The position numbers and the translations under genes were made by a program. The notes beneath the pieces are model-generated. The model did not search any database. It had not been told where the DNA came from and was given only the letters and a program-made list of their open reading frames with translations. From positions 1,725,721 through 1,789,720 of the forward strand of contig OY759785.1 of the NCBI GenBank assembly GCA_963662605.1: DNA of 64,000 nucleotides. The letters are read 5' to 3'. Origin of the DNA: Ignavibacteriaceae bacterium (lineage in GTDB: Bacteria; Bacteroidota; Ignavibacteria; Ignavibacteriales; Ignavibacteriaceae). Shown piece after piece: positions 1 to 11,100 of the stretch; positions within the stretch are counted from its first letter, which is position 1, and every line of letters starts with the position of its first letter.

Positions 1-11
1 TACTATCTGCC

Positions 12-755
12 TTGAAAAAAACTCAAAGCCGGTTTCTGACGGTGAAGGAGTTTGTTCAGAGTAATTCAAATCCTGCAAATAGCGGGACAATAATTTTAAG
101 GCATGATGTAGATTTAAAACCGGAAAATTCGCTACAAACTGCGATTATTGAACACTCAATGAACATACGCGGTACGTACTATTTCCGGATCATACCACAA
201 ACGTTGCATCCTGATATTATTCTAAAGATTGCCTCGCTCGGGCACGAAATCGGATATCACTATGAGGATATGGATTTGGTTAAAGCGTCCTCCTTGGATG
301 CTCATATTGATTTGGCATATAAAAGCTTCTGCAATAATCTTGCTAAACTCAGAGAAATAATAGCAATTGATACAATCTGCATGCACGGCAGCCCTATGGG
401 TAAATATGATAATAAAATGATTTGGAGTAAATATAATTACAAGGAATTGGGGCTGATTTGTGAGCCGTATTACGATATAGATTTCAGTCAGTTTGCATAT
501 TTTACTGATACCGGAAGAACGTGGAATGGAGGTTCAGTCAGCATCAGGGATCGTGTTAATTCAAAATTTAGCATGAATTACAAGTCAACGCAGCAGATAA
601 TAGAAAATATAGATACGCTTCCACAAAACATGATGTTCACAATTCACCCCCAGCGATGGAGTGATGATATTCTGCCATGGGTTAGTGAATTGGTTTTTCA
701 AAATGCACGGAACGTGGTTAAAAGAATTCTGCTTTCAGTAAGAAAAGACGGATGA
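12..755 (+). CDS. Polysaccharide deacetylase-like protein (possibly 5'-partial)
   Basis: The frame is open to the window edge upstream of the TTG at 12, so the true start may lie outside. RHDVD and GHEIGYHY resemble NodB-type metal-binding motifs. Assigned by eye. Confidence 0.5.
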   Translation: MKKTQSRFLTVKEFVQSNSNPANSGTIILRHDVDLKPENSLQTAIIEHSMNIRGTYYFRIIPQTLHPDIILKIASLGHEIGYHYEDMDLVKASSLDAHIDLAYKSFCNNLAKLREIIAIDTICMHGSPMGKYDNKMIWSKYNYKELGLICEPYYDIDFSQFAYFTDTGRTWNGGSVSIRDRVNSKFSMNYKSTQQIIENIDTLPQNMMFTIHPQRWSDDILPWVSELVFQNARNVVKRILLSVRKDG

Positions 756-786
756 TAGACAACCGAGTTATTATACTGTGACGTAA

Positions 787-2424
787 CTATATGCCGTATT
801 GCGCTGAAAATGAGAATGAAAATTTTCCGCCCTTCATCCACACATACGTTCTCTTGGGATCCTCGTCATTAATATCTGCATATTTTAACAGTACATTAAT
901 GAATGAATCGCGTACTATCTCGTATCTGATTCCACATTGAGCTGAATACTCTTTGCGAAGGGGACCATACAATAAATCAAGCTCCGCGGGTGGATTGTTG
1001 TATGCGTAACTGATATCCTTCATGCCACCTTTCCGGATTCTCTCTCCGATTACCTCCACAGCCAGACGGGAAATGGGACGATAGCTGAATTTAAGAGATA
1101 GCTCGTCTGCGTTTTGCCCCATCCAATCACCAAGAACATACCCCATATGCTTATATGTACTAATTTCAGAATGATTTTCATATATCCAGGGACGTAATTG
1201 AGTGTACTCAACATTCATGTCCAGATTTGGAATTACTACGTCTACTTTCTTCGCCCCCACGGTAAAAGCAAACCATGAAGTGTACCAAACACCTTTAAGA
1301 ATTTTCCGGATGTTTAAAGCATCAACAAGCAGCGAGCCATATACTTGATAGGTGGCAGGGTAGTTGATCTTTAGATCAGAAAATATCATCCCGTTACCAT
1401 CATCTGAGATCTGACGCCCGGTATTATGATCCATGACCTTGTAATACATAAATGGTATAAAGGTTTCCCACCTTGGTGAACCGCCATACACAAAACTGTT
1501 TCCAATCGAAAAATCGATGTTGCGTTGTATGCTGACCGATACCATATTTGCAACAAAGTACTTATCAATATATTTTTTTTCAATTGTTGGGTCTAAGCTG
1601 CCAGGATAATTATAGTAAAAACTCGCTGAATCATAGATCAATGAGTTCAACCAACCTTGCATATAGTAAAACCGCAGCCAATCCGTTGGTTGAAGTACTA
1701 ATTGAAAGTGCGGAAAGTCAGGGGCCTTTGAGGATAAAATAATCTGTCCAAATTGTCCGTGACCCCAATTGGAATAGTCTTTTATTATTGAAAATGACCC
1801 CCAGTTGCCGCTTAATGAAATGCTTCCCTTGACGTCGCTGTAGTCAAATGAATTATTGCCCGAGGTCGTTACAAAATAACCGCTTTTTGGCGAAAACAGT
1901 TTCTCTCTATCAGTGTTATCACCGTACTCCGTGTTATCACGGTACTCAAAACTACCTGCAAAGTTGTTCCCATAAGTGCCCCAGAATTTTCCACCCCACC
2001 AGCGGTGATGGCCGGATTTGGCCCCATATTCTGAAATCTCATATCCGGCTATGGGCGTTACAGTAAATCTGCATAAAGAATCACGGTACTTGTATAAATA
2101 CGCACGTTCATTGCTTAGTCTATCCATTTCTGATGCGAATTCCGAACAATACCAGATGTAATCCTCGCTATCTACATGATTCATCGTGGTTTGATATGGT
2201 TCAAGATCTTTCAAATGCTGAGCGACTTGCCGGCGTGTCAGTGGTTTGACTTCATCATGATAGGTAACTAATCCACGGATGGCCATCCGATCCAGAAATG
2301 TATATACCGGATCATTGGTAGAAGTAAAGACTGCTTGGGCGCGGGAGAAATTACATGATAGCAATATCAGCATTGTGCTAAAAGCAACGAGTTTCCCGCA
2401 TCCAAAGTCGAAATTTTTCATCAT
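787..2424 (-). CDS. Capsule-assembly Wzi-like outer membrane protein
   Basis: Has an N-terminal signal peptide ending SRAQA. The DPVYTFLDRMAIRGL motif and an aromatic/Gly-rich beta-barrel-like body recall the Caps_assemb_Wzi family. Its start overlaps the stop of the upstream sugar transferase (ATGA on the minus strand at 2421-2424). Confidence 0.55.
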   Translation of the reverse strand: MMKNFDFGCGKLVAFSTMLILLSCNFSRAQAVFTSTNDPVYTFLDRMAIRGLVTYHDEVKPLTRRQVAQHLKDLEPYQTTMNHVDSEDYIWYCSEFASEMDRLSNERAYLYKYRDSLCRFTVTPIAGYEISEYGAKSGHHRWWGGKFWGTYGNNFAGSFEYRDNTEYGDNTDREKLFSPKSGYFVTTSGNNSFDYSDVKGSISLSGNWGSFSIIKDYSNWGHGQFGQIILSSKAPDFPHFQLVLQPTDWLRFYYMQGWLNSLIYDSASFYYNYPGSLDPTIEKKYIDKYFVANMVSVSIQRNIDFSIGNSFVYGGSPRWETFIPFMYYKVMDHNTGRQISDDGNGMIFSDLKINYPATYQVYGSLLVDALNIRKILKGVWYTSWFAFTVGAKKVDVVIPNLDMNVEYTQLRPWIYENHSEISTYKHMGYVLGDWMGQNADELSLKFSYRPISRLAVEVIGERIRKGGMKDISYAYNNPPAELDLLYGPLRKEYSAQCGIRYEIVRDSFINVLLKYADINDEDPKRTYVWMKGGKFSFSFSAQYGI

Positions 2425-4373
2425 TTACTTCTGGCCCGTTTTATCAGGATATTATAAAAGGATTTGAAAAAATACTTTACATCTGTCTTAAAAGGTGAAA
2501 CATCATATGCGTTCATATAGTTTACTTCAGACTGTATGATTTCCTCCAGTGTTGTTGGGAGATCAACATAGAAAGGAGGAACCAGGCCCGGTTTATAGTT
2601 TTTCCGCCGTTCCCGCACTTCTTCTCCGTAGAGTGAAAGGTAGTGCTGACTAATCGGTCTCACCCCGACAAGTTTTAGCTCGCCTTTCAACCAGTTAAAT
2701 ATCATCGGGAGTTCATCAACCCAAATTTTTCTAAAAAACCTTCCCCATGATGTGATGCGGAAGTCCTGATGGAATTTGCCGCCCTCTTCAAGTTTATTGT
2801 GCTCATAGACAAATTTTTGCAAATACTCGGAGTACGGATGCATAGTGCGCAATTTGTATACAAGAATTATTTTCCCATCCTTCCCAATCCTTCTCATCTT
2901 GAATAGTGGGCCGTAGCTTGGGTTTTTATCCTCCTTCGGATGTGTTACTTTATGAGCAATGAAGAATACTTTCTGCTCAATTTCTTTTATAGAAATCACT
3001 TCAAATCCGCAATAATAAAGCCTGCCCAAACTTTCAGCTAAAGAAATAGCTCTATCCCGTCCTTTGGTTATCGCGAAGTAAATTGATTTTGTTATAGGTA
3101 GCTTTGGAAAAACTCGTGTCCAAATAAATTCCAAAAAGTAGAGAATCCGACCCAGATAGAATGGGTAATTTCGCTTAAAATGTTTGAAACGCAAATGTGC
3201 CGGCTCCAATGCCCCTATAAAAATGCCACCATCTTTTAACTTGTTATTAACCTCGATGAAGTATTTATTGAGATATCTGAAATTATTGATATCCTGTAAG
3301 TTGCAGAAGAATGAAATGTATTCATCCGGCATTACTTCAATATTATAGATGTCATTTGTCCTGATTGCAATGGCCAGATCAGCATCAATGGATTGTAATT
3401 CAAGGCTGGACTCAATGAATGAGAATACGGCAGGATAATTTCTGAGGAAAATGTTCCTTAGCTTGGATTCAAATGTATAATTTATTCTTTCCGTATTCGG
3501 AATGTAATATTTATCCGGGTTTACCTTCATTATATTATCCAGCGGGTCGTCATCAAGTTCAGGCGCCTTGGTTGTTGCCGCATCTACCTCATCTGACTGA
3601 ATAGGTTTTAAATTAAGATATATAACGATGTCAATGATTAGCGCGGTAATAGAATAAACTATGATAGTATGCAAAAATCTAAACTGCGGGAGTAATTCCG
3701 GGGTTACATAAAATACGACGAATGAAGATAAAAGAAAAAAGTAAATCCCATTTTTAAGGATCTGCCAAATCAGTAAATATATAACATTGACTGCCCGTAA
3801 ATTATAATATAACCCTGACATAAATCCGGAAATCATCCAGACGAAAAATATTATCATTAAATATTCTATTCTGGGAATTTCGGAAAACCCAGTTGCGAAG
3901 AAAAGATATTGAACTCCAATAGTGGCCGCAAATAAACATGTTTCAATAATGAATCGTGTTAATGATAAGTCTTTAAATCCACGGAAATAGCTCCGCAAAC
4001 CAGCTGTGCGAACAGCAAGCATTATCTCAATCGCGAAGCCGCTGGCAGCGGAAAAAATAAATACAGAACGGGAATGGTATGCATCCGCTCCAAGTAGGTT
4101 GAAAACAGAATAAATTCCGATCATGATTATGAACGAAAGAGTCAATGACTTAATTTCGCCTAACGATGATTTTTTGTCGGTATATACAATCTTTCTCGCT
4201 ATCGTGGCGGCAATTAGCCATGCAAAAGAATATAAGACTATGAAAGATGTATAATACCGGTTTGCAAACGGCAGTTTACCAAAGTGGAGCCAATGAATAA
4301 CGGCAAAGGGGAGCGCGTATATCAAATAATTCCAGAGTAATCCTTTAACTTGGAACCATCTATGTGATAACAT
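2421..4373 (-). CDS. Polyprenyl-phosphate sugar-1-phosphate transferase (bacterial sugar transferase family) with extended N-terminal membrane region and central domain
   Basis: The C-terminal segment IILVYKLRTM...DFRITSWGRFFRKIWVDELPMIFNWLKGELKLVGVRP is the Bac_transf signature. About 270 aa of N-terminal hydrophobic helices precede a roughly 200-aa soluble middle domain. Confidence 0.85.
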   Translation of the reverse strand: MLSHRWFQVKGLLWNYLIYALPFAVIHWLHFGKLPFANRYYTSFIVLYSFAWLIAATIARKIVYTDKKSSLGEIKSLTLSFIIMIGIYSVFNLLGADAYHSRSVFIFSAASGFAIEIMLAVRTAGLRSYFRGFKDLSLTRFIIETCLFAATIGVQYLFFATGFSEIPRIEYLMIIFFVWMISGFMSGLYYNLRAVNVIYLLIWQILKNGIYFFLLSSFVVFYVTPELLPQFRFLHTIIVYSITALIIDIVIYLNLKPIQSDEVDAATTKAPELDDDPLDNIMKVNPDKYYIPNTERINYTFESKLRNIFLRNYPAVFSFIESSLELQSIDADLAIAIRTNDIYNIEVMPDEYISFFCNLQDINNFRYLNKYFIEVNNKLKDGGIFIGALEPAHLRFKHFKRNYPFYLGRILYFLEFIWTRVFPKLPITKSIYFAITKGRDRAISLAESLGRLYYCGFEVISIKEIEQKVFFIAHKVTHPKEDKNPSYGPLFKMRRIGKDGKIILVYKLRTMHPYSEYLQKFVYEHNKLEEGGKFHQDFRITSWGRFFRKIWVDELPMIFNWLKGELKLVGVRPISQHYLSLYGEEVRERRKNYKPGLVPPFYVDLPTTLEEIIQSEVNYMNAYDVSPFKTDVKYFFKSFYNILIKRARSK

Positions 4374-4661
4374 TATAAACTCGGCATAATATTTTCATAA
4401 TATAACCCGTATCAGGCTGGTAATCAATAATTTTTAGGATCTTGCATACAATAACGTAATTTCAACCATGTATTGGCTGAAATTCGGTGTGTAATTCTTG
4501 AGTTTTTATTAAGGAGGTAAAATTGTATCAATTTATAAGTATCCTCCGATTGTAACACAATAATTGACGTCAACTTATTAGCTCTTTAGCAAATATAGGA
4601 AAATCATCCGCCAAAATGAAGTGTTCTGTGTAAAAGAGCTCTTTTACGAATTACATGTCAT

Positions 4662-4700
4662 AAAACAAAGAACCCCCGCTTAGCGGGGGTTCTTTGTTTT
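4662..4700 (-). terminator. Rho-independent (bidirectional-looking) terminator downstream of the 996-aa T9SS cargo gene
   Basis: Perfect 17-bp stem AAAACAAAGAACCCCCG / CGGGGGTTCTTTGTTTT with loop CTTAG. The A/T tracts lie within and next to the stem. Confidence 0.85.
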
Positions 4701-4747
4701 ATTATAAGTGTTGTTTTATCATGCCCGCCACCGGCAAAATCATGTCC

Positions 4748-7738
4748 CTATTTCAGGAATATCATCTTTTTTATGCTGGTGAACTGTTTGCCCGAGGACA
4801 ATTCCTTACCCATAAACCGGTAAATATAAACGCCACTTGATAAACTGTAATTACTCATATTTACTGTTTGATCGTAGTATCCGGTTTCCGAAATGCCGTT
4901 GAAAAGAGTAGCTATCTTTTGCCCGGTTAAAGAGTATAGCTCAAGAGTTACATGGCTATTTGCCGGAAGTGTGTAAGAAATCTTTGTTGAAGGGTTAAAC
5001 GGATTCGGGTAATTTTGAGACAAAGTGAATTCAACTGGAGCCGCTATCACAGCCTCAATAGTTTTGCTGAATTCATAACTACCGTCATTATCAACCATTC
5101 TTAACCGGTACTGAAATGTACCCACTGTAGAATTTTTATCTATAAATGAATAGCTCTTCGGAGAGTTGCTGTAGTTGTTAGCACGAACTTCACCGAGAAC
5201 CGACCAACTATTTGCTCCGGACAGGGAACGCTCTATTACGAATTTGTACGAATTGATTTCTGTGGCGGTATTCCAATCAAGTAGAACGGTTCTGCCTTGT
5301 GTAGAGCAGTTGAACGTGCTCAATTCAACCGGAAGCGGGTGGAGGCTATCACCGGCAGTCCAGGTCGAAAATGCATCAATACCACTTAAGGTGATTGTAT
5401 TTGCGGCAACATCGCGGCTTCCAACACCGCCATAAATCCATGTGGTGCCATTGTCAGTTGATCTCCACAATTTGAGATTGGACTCGCTAATGCCGTTCAA
5501 CTCAGCCGTCGTATCGTCATATTTGAATGCCAGAGTTGCATTTAATCCGGTATTCACAGTAGGTGAAATACTATAGTAGCGTTTAATCGAAGTATTACTG
5601 TTTCCACTAAGAGCCGTGCCGGTAGTACGTGTTACTACAGTTGAACCGGGGGCGGCGCCATTAGCAGTAATTGCAATTCCGATCCCTCCGAAAGTATTGT
5701 TCGCGCTTTGGCTGACGGTTCTGGTGGCGGTGATTTTACCAATGACTCTGTTGCCGGAACCTTCGCTTAAGGTTGCCGAGGATCCGAGGGAGATTGTGTT
5801 TGCCCCAGTATATAGCAATCCGGCAGTCATTGTAAGAGTGCCGTTTACGGTGAGGGCTGAACCTAATGTAGCATTTCCTGAGGAAGTACGATTTACTGTA
5901 AGGTTATTAACATTTTGTGAACCGGAGGTAAAAGAAATCGTACCAAAAGCTCCTGTACCGTTAATAGTAACGTTTGAGGCGCTATTACCTTTTATAGTTC
6001 CGGAACCACTCATTGTGCTTGCGGTACCGGCCGCGCCTACTGTCAAGTCCTTACCATTAAGGTCCAATACATCAGTACTGTTAATAAAAGTAATCGGACT
6101 GCCACCGTTTGGCGCAGTTGATGTCAAATTAGTTGCGTTCAACTGTAATGTTGTTCCGGTGCCCCCTGATCTACCAACAATTATATACGGGATACTTACA
6201 GCTCCAGAGGCGTGATTAATTGTCTGGGTTCCATCTTTTAAGAAAAATATAGCACGGCCGTTGCCGGTAAAAGCGGAAGAAGAACCGAATGTTACATTAC
6301 CATATGTTTTAATGTCTCCGCCCGTAGTTGCTGATAATGTCAGGGCACCGTTAATAGACATATTCCCCATAACGGTTAGAGCAGCACTCATAGCGGTAGT
6401 ATTCAAAGTCAAAGTTGAACCATTATCAACGGTCATATTCCCAGCGCATTGCCTTGCTGTACTCGCTCCGCCATTTCCCAAATCTAACGTGGAGTTGTTC
6501 GAGATTTGCACGTTGTATGGATAACCTGCTCCTGATGTCGTATTCCATTCAAGGTAACGGCCATATGTTGTCGCAGAGTAATATTGGAGCGTTGAACCGC
6601 TTCCGTAAGTCGGAGGATTAGTGTCAACATAACCGCCGGCATTAATTCTGAATGTGCCGTTTATCGTAGATGCACCGCCGAAATTTACTCCGCCTGAAGC
6701 ATAAACATTATTAAAGGAAACAGTACCGGAAATGGTACCTGCGCCCGCGAATGTTATTGTCCCGTCATTTGCCGTAAATGTACCGCTATTTGTAAAAGCA
6801 CCGCCGGAGGTAATAGTTAAATTTACAGCAGATGCACTTTTTGATGTCAAAGTTGCACCGCTTTTAATATTAACCGAATTTGCCGTTGCTGTTGCATCAA
6901 TTGTGACACTATTTTTAATTAATACATCGTAAGCATTGGTCGGTACGGTTGTGTTTTCCCATGTAGTTGTCGCGGACCAATCACCGTCTGCTTTGGAGCC
7001 GTAGTAATTTACAGTGTATGAGTAATAGCTGCCGCTTGTGTCCTTATAGCTCAATGAGGAGACTTCAATATTGGATGTCGGACTGGATAGCGTTGTTGAG
7101 AAGACAAAGTATTTTACCGTCGTTCCCTTAGCTTGTTTCGGTATTGTCACAGTTCCGCTTGACCCGGAAAATGAAATAGCACTTGAATTTGTCCAATTAC
7201 TTCCATTATCAGTGCTGTATCTAAGATATACGTTCTCTTCAGAGCTTTTTGAGCCGCTCAAATAAACAGTAATGGTAATGGCATCGTTATTTGAGACAGG
7301 TTGAGAAGGTGGATTGGAAACTGCATTAATCGTTACGGGTGCAGCGCTTGTTTCCATTACAACACCAAGAGCACTGGCGTATCCGTTATTTTTCAATCTG
7401 TAAGTATAATACTTTCCGCTTGTTACTCCACCGGTCAATGAATTGTCCGATCCGGCATAGTTAGCATTCCATGTGAAAGTGCTTACTGTATTCTTACCTG
7501 CTGTTACACCGTTCCACTTGTTGTAATAACTGTCTGCTTCAAACAACCACACGGATGGATTATATGTTCCGGTTGCCTGAATTGTATAGTAGAAATATGA
7601 AGCACCATTGACAGTCTGGGTACTCATTTGATGCATGGCGCCCCAGTTGCCGTCAACTTGCCCACCAACATACATGGTTTGCGAATATAACGTAACGCTG
7701 GATAAAATCAGTAGTAATATAAAGTAACATTTTTTCAT
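4748..7738 (-). CDS. Secreted beta-helix/adhesin-like protein with T9SS C-terminal sorting domain
   Basis: Signal peptide MKKCYFILLLILSSVTLYSQ. A long Gly/Thr/Ser/Asn-rich repetitive middle has a parallel beta-helix-like pattern. The C-terminus is NYPNPFNPSTKISYTLP...GVYIYRF...KKMIFLK. Confidence 0.8.
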   Translation of the reverse strand: MKKCYFILLLILSSVTLYSQTMYVGGQVDGNWGAMHQMSTQTVNGASYFYYTIQATGTYNPSVWLFEADSYYNKWNGVTAGKNTVSTFTWNANYAGSDNSLTGGVTSGKYYTYRLKNNGYASALGVVMETSAAPVTINAVSNPPSQPVSNNDAITITVYLSGSKSSEENVYLRYSTDNGSNWTNSSAISFSGSSGTVTIPKQAKGTTVKYFVFSTTLSSPTSNIEVSSLSYKDTSGSYYSYTVNYYGSKADGDWSATTTWENTTVPTNAYDVLIKNSVTIDATATANSVNIKSGATLTSKSASAVNLTITSGGAFTNSGTFTANDGTITFAGAGTISGTVSFNNVYASGGVNFGGASTINGTFRINAGGYVDTNPPTYGSGSTLQYYSATTYGRYLEWNTTSGAGYPYNVQISNNSTLDLGNGGASTARQCAGNMTVDNGSTLTLNTTAMSAALTVMGNMSINGALTLSATTGGDIKTYGNVTFGSSSAFTGNGRAIFFLKDGTQTINHASGAVSIPYIIVGRSGGTGTTLQLNATNLTSTAPNGGSPITFINSTDVLDLNGKDLTVGAAGTASTMSGSGTIKGNSASNVTINGTGAFGTISFTSGSQNVNNLTVNRTSSGNATLGSALTVNGTLTMTAGLLYTGANTISLGSSATLSEGSGNRVIGKITATRTVSQSANNTFGGIGIAITANGAAPGSTVVTRTTGTALSGNSNTSIKRYYSISPTVNTGLNATLAFKYDDTTAELNGISESNLKLWRSTDNGTTWIYGGVGSRDVAANTITLSGIDAFSTWTAGDSLHPLPVELSTFNCSTQGRTVLLDWNTATEINSYKFVIERSLSGANSWSVLGEVRANNYSNSPKSYSFIDKNSTVGTFQYRLRMVDNDGSYEFSKTIEAVIAAPVEFTLSQNYPNPFNPSTKISYTLPANSHVTLELYSLTGQKIATLFNGISETGYYDQTVNMSNYSLSSGVYIYRFMGKELSSGKQFTSIKKMIFLK

Positions 7739-7969
7739 AGTGCCTCCTGAAAAAATTCAAAAAAAATCTTACGAGCCATGGCGTTGCCACAGACCCAAAC
7801 ATATTAAGCGACGCGATCACACCCGCGGGATGAATTTGGAGAATGTGACTGGATAACAATTTTTCCGCGGTCTATTATTACGGGTATCAGTGCTGCTTCC
7901 CGTTTGTGATTTTTACGTGTAAAAACCATTTGGAAAATCTCTCAAAAATAAAGTTAATGAACCGTTCTT

Positions 7970-8004
7970 TTAAGTTAACTGATTTTCCTCGCGTGTTAAC
8001 TTAA
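7970..8004. promoter_or_regulatory. Perfect 10-nt inverted repeat TTAAGTTAAC-N15-GTTAACTTAA in a divergent intergenic region (candidate operator)
   Basis: Seen directly between the divergent starts at 7738 and 8191. A further AAGTTAAT half-site-like copy lies about 20 nt upstream. Confidence 0.3.
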
Positions 8005-8190
8005 TAAAATTCAAAATTAAAAACAACATACCGATAGCGAAAAGTTTCACTTAAAAAGCTGAATGAGATAACGGTCAATAGAGGGCAGTATTCTTACGAA
8101 AACAGCTCCAAAAAGCAATATTTATGTTTGGGAGGAGACGTAAAATGATTATATTGCAGAATTGGTGATGTTTTAAAAAAGGTCTTCAAT

Positions 8191-11100
8191 ATGCATATGC
8201 TGTACCGGATTAATGTGGTCAAATCTACGATTCTTTTTCTCGTCGTATTTCTTATTTCGGCATCCTCCTTTGCCCAGTCAAGCAGGGCAAAAACACTAGC
8301 TTCAAACTCCGGTTTCGCAATTGAGATGGCTGCCCCAAATTTCAATAAGCAGATTGCCAATTCAGGTGCAAATATCATTGTTGACTATGTAGATTACACC
8401 CGAACTGATGCACCGGGGATATTCAAAATTCCTTATGATGAACTGATTATTGCTATACCGCAGAATTCAAAGCCGACTTTCAATTTACAAATCCTCGAAA
8501 AAAGAACTATAAAAAATGCTATACCGGCTTGCAATCCGGAAGTCGAATTTGCTGATTCAAGCATTAGATTAAAAAAAATCCCGGTTACCTCGGCTATGAG
8601 AATAAACTCAGGCGAACAGTTTGAGGTTAAGGGCTTCTTCTGGTATCGTGATTTTTACTGTGCTCATGTTCGCGTGCGCTTGGCTGAATATTCTTTTACG
8701 GCAAACAGCATTGAAGAGATTTCCAAATATAAGGTTCTTGTCAATACCGGAGGAATGGTTCAAACTTCAGCGCCAATTCTTATTCGTTCAGATATGGATA
8801 GATTAGTATCGGAATTGATTGTCAATGCCGCAAATGCAGAACAATTTCGCTCAACAAGGCAAATAAGCATAACCGACACGACAGGGAACTGGTTTAATAC
8901 TTCCGCGCAATACCTGAAAATTGGCACGTATGAAGATAAAATCTACCGTATTACGAAGCAGAGCTTTGATAAAGTCGGTATATCAATCGCGGGAATAGAT
9001 CCCCAAACCTTTAAATTACTGCAAAATGGCATTGAACTTCCTATAACTGTCTTTACGCAAACTCCGGGGACATTCGGAACGACCGATTACATCGAATTTT
9101 ATGGTCACAAAAATTATGAGCCGGTTTCTGACAGGGTTGTTAATCCGGATTCATTACCCTATAATAATTATTTGAACCCCTATAGCGATACCGTCTACTA
9201 TTATCTTACATGGGGAAATGGACTGGGACAACGAACAAAGGTATCCGGTGCAGCACCAATTGCATCAAGTGATACAATAAAGTACTATAACGATTTTATC
9301 CATTATGAACCGAACACCGTTTTCCAGGAAATCGAAAACGATGTGACGATAAGTCAAGATCCGACAAAACTTAATCGGAAATCATGGTTCGCCGGATTTT
9401 TATTTGCCAGCGGAAATTATGCAGTTTCATTGCCCGGCATATTACCGGGTAAAACGGCCGGGGTATTCGCCAGAGTGTCCAGCGCCGGTTCAAATTATAC
9501 AAAAAATGCTCATACAGTATCGGTTGGATTGCGGAAAAAGCCTTCTGTTGCAAGTGATACGCTTATGAATATTTCGGGTACACAAACATTTGATAAAGGC
9601 GGAAGGGCAGTCATTGGTGGATACATCCCAACTGATTCGCTTACAACAGGAAGCAACAGTCTTCGTATTAGAAATTATGAAAACGGTTCCTCGGTTAACT
9701 ATCTTGTAGTAGATTGGTATGAAATCGAATATCCGAGGACGCTCGCTGCCCAAAACGATTCCCTTCTGTTTAGTATACGGGATTCGCTGTCATTCGATTT
9801 AAGAAATGTTAAAGTCGCAAATGTAACTTTAGCTGCTGATAGTCTCGTGCTATATCGAATAGCGCCAGCTTTTGCGAAACTGAATGGATTTATCAAGTCC
9901 GGTACTAATCTTATTTTTGCGGATTCAATCGGAATGGGAAGTCAATATTGTCTCGCCGCAGTTAAGAAATTAAACCAGCCTTCTATCCTAAAAAATAAGC
10001 GATTTGCCGATCTCCGTGCAAGCCGCAAAGCCGACTATATCGGCATAACGCATTCATCATTGCTGAATGCTGCAAAAAACTACATGGGCTTTATCAGCAG
10101 CAATTATTCGGTTGATACCATATTAATAAACGTTGAAGATATATTTGATGAATTTGCGTATGGAAATCCTGATCCGTTGGCGATAAAGGCATTTCTCAAA
10201 AGTACTTTCCAGAATTGGCAGGCTCCGAAACCGTCTTATGTTTGCCTGCTTGGTACGGGCTCATACGATTACAAAGGATATTGGGCTTCGTCGCACAGTT
10301 ATTCTACCGGGCTGAATCTGGTGCCGACTTTTGGTGAGCCTGTTTCCGATACATGGTATACTATGTGGGATGAAAAAGCACCGCTTATACAACAAATGCT
10401 TATCGGTAGAATTCCGTCAAAGAATGAAGCTCAGCTCAACTATTATTTGCAAAAGCATCAAGGCTATGTTGACCAACACTTAAATATTTGGAACAAGCGC
10501 GCTCTCTTCTTCTCAGGTGGTGATTCCGGTGATTCTTTGCAACTATCCGAAACCAAGAATGTGAACGATTATATTGTAAAAAATCACACAAAGACTCCCA
10601 GACTCGTTTTGGGAGTTGATCACTTTTATAAAGTTTATAGTCCTGCTTCAAATTTTGGTCCGTACAGTTCGGCATACATTCGAAACTCAATTGAGCAAGG
10701 TGGACTATTCATTTCATATATCGGACATAGCGGAACACGGACATGGGATAACAGTATAGCTGACCCGAACCAACTGCTAAACAATTCAAACAGGAGTTCA
10801 CTTGTAACGGATTTTGGATGTTCTACTGCAAAATTTGCAGAACCGGATGTTGACTCTTTTGGTGGCTTGTTTGTTAACGAAGGCCAGACGATTGCATATA
10901 TTGGGAATACCTCACTCGGGTTTTCCAGCACAACTCTAATGGTGCCCCAGTACTTCTACGGAAAAATTCTTCAGGATACCATTTATTGCATATCCATGGC
11001 TCATTTCGCCGCAAAATTGCAAATGTTCAGTGAACTTGGTTCTACCGGAAGCTATCGAATATTCGCAATGACAAACACTCTATTAGCTGATCCTATTGTG

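Noticed and set aside
4630-4647. 18-nt perfect palindrome GTAAAAGAGCTCTTTTAC next to the 4662-4700 terminator.
   Set aside because: My rough expectation for a perfect 18-nt palindrome in 64 kb is about 0.2 (64000 x 4^-9), higher in AT-rich DNA. It occurs only once in the window, so there is not enough evidence to call it an operator.
5175-7265. Multiple long plus-strand ORFs (for example 5616-6215 at 199 aa, 6261-6524, 6732-6932) antisense to the 996-aa T9SS cargo gene.
   Set aside because: They are shadow ORFs created by the repetitive Gly/Thr/Ser/Asn codon usage of the minus-strand gene. Their translations are low-complexity Pro/Val/Ala-rich with no motifs. The minus-strand frame has a signal peptide and a CTD.
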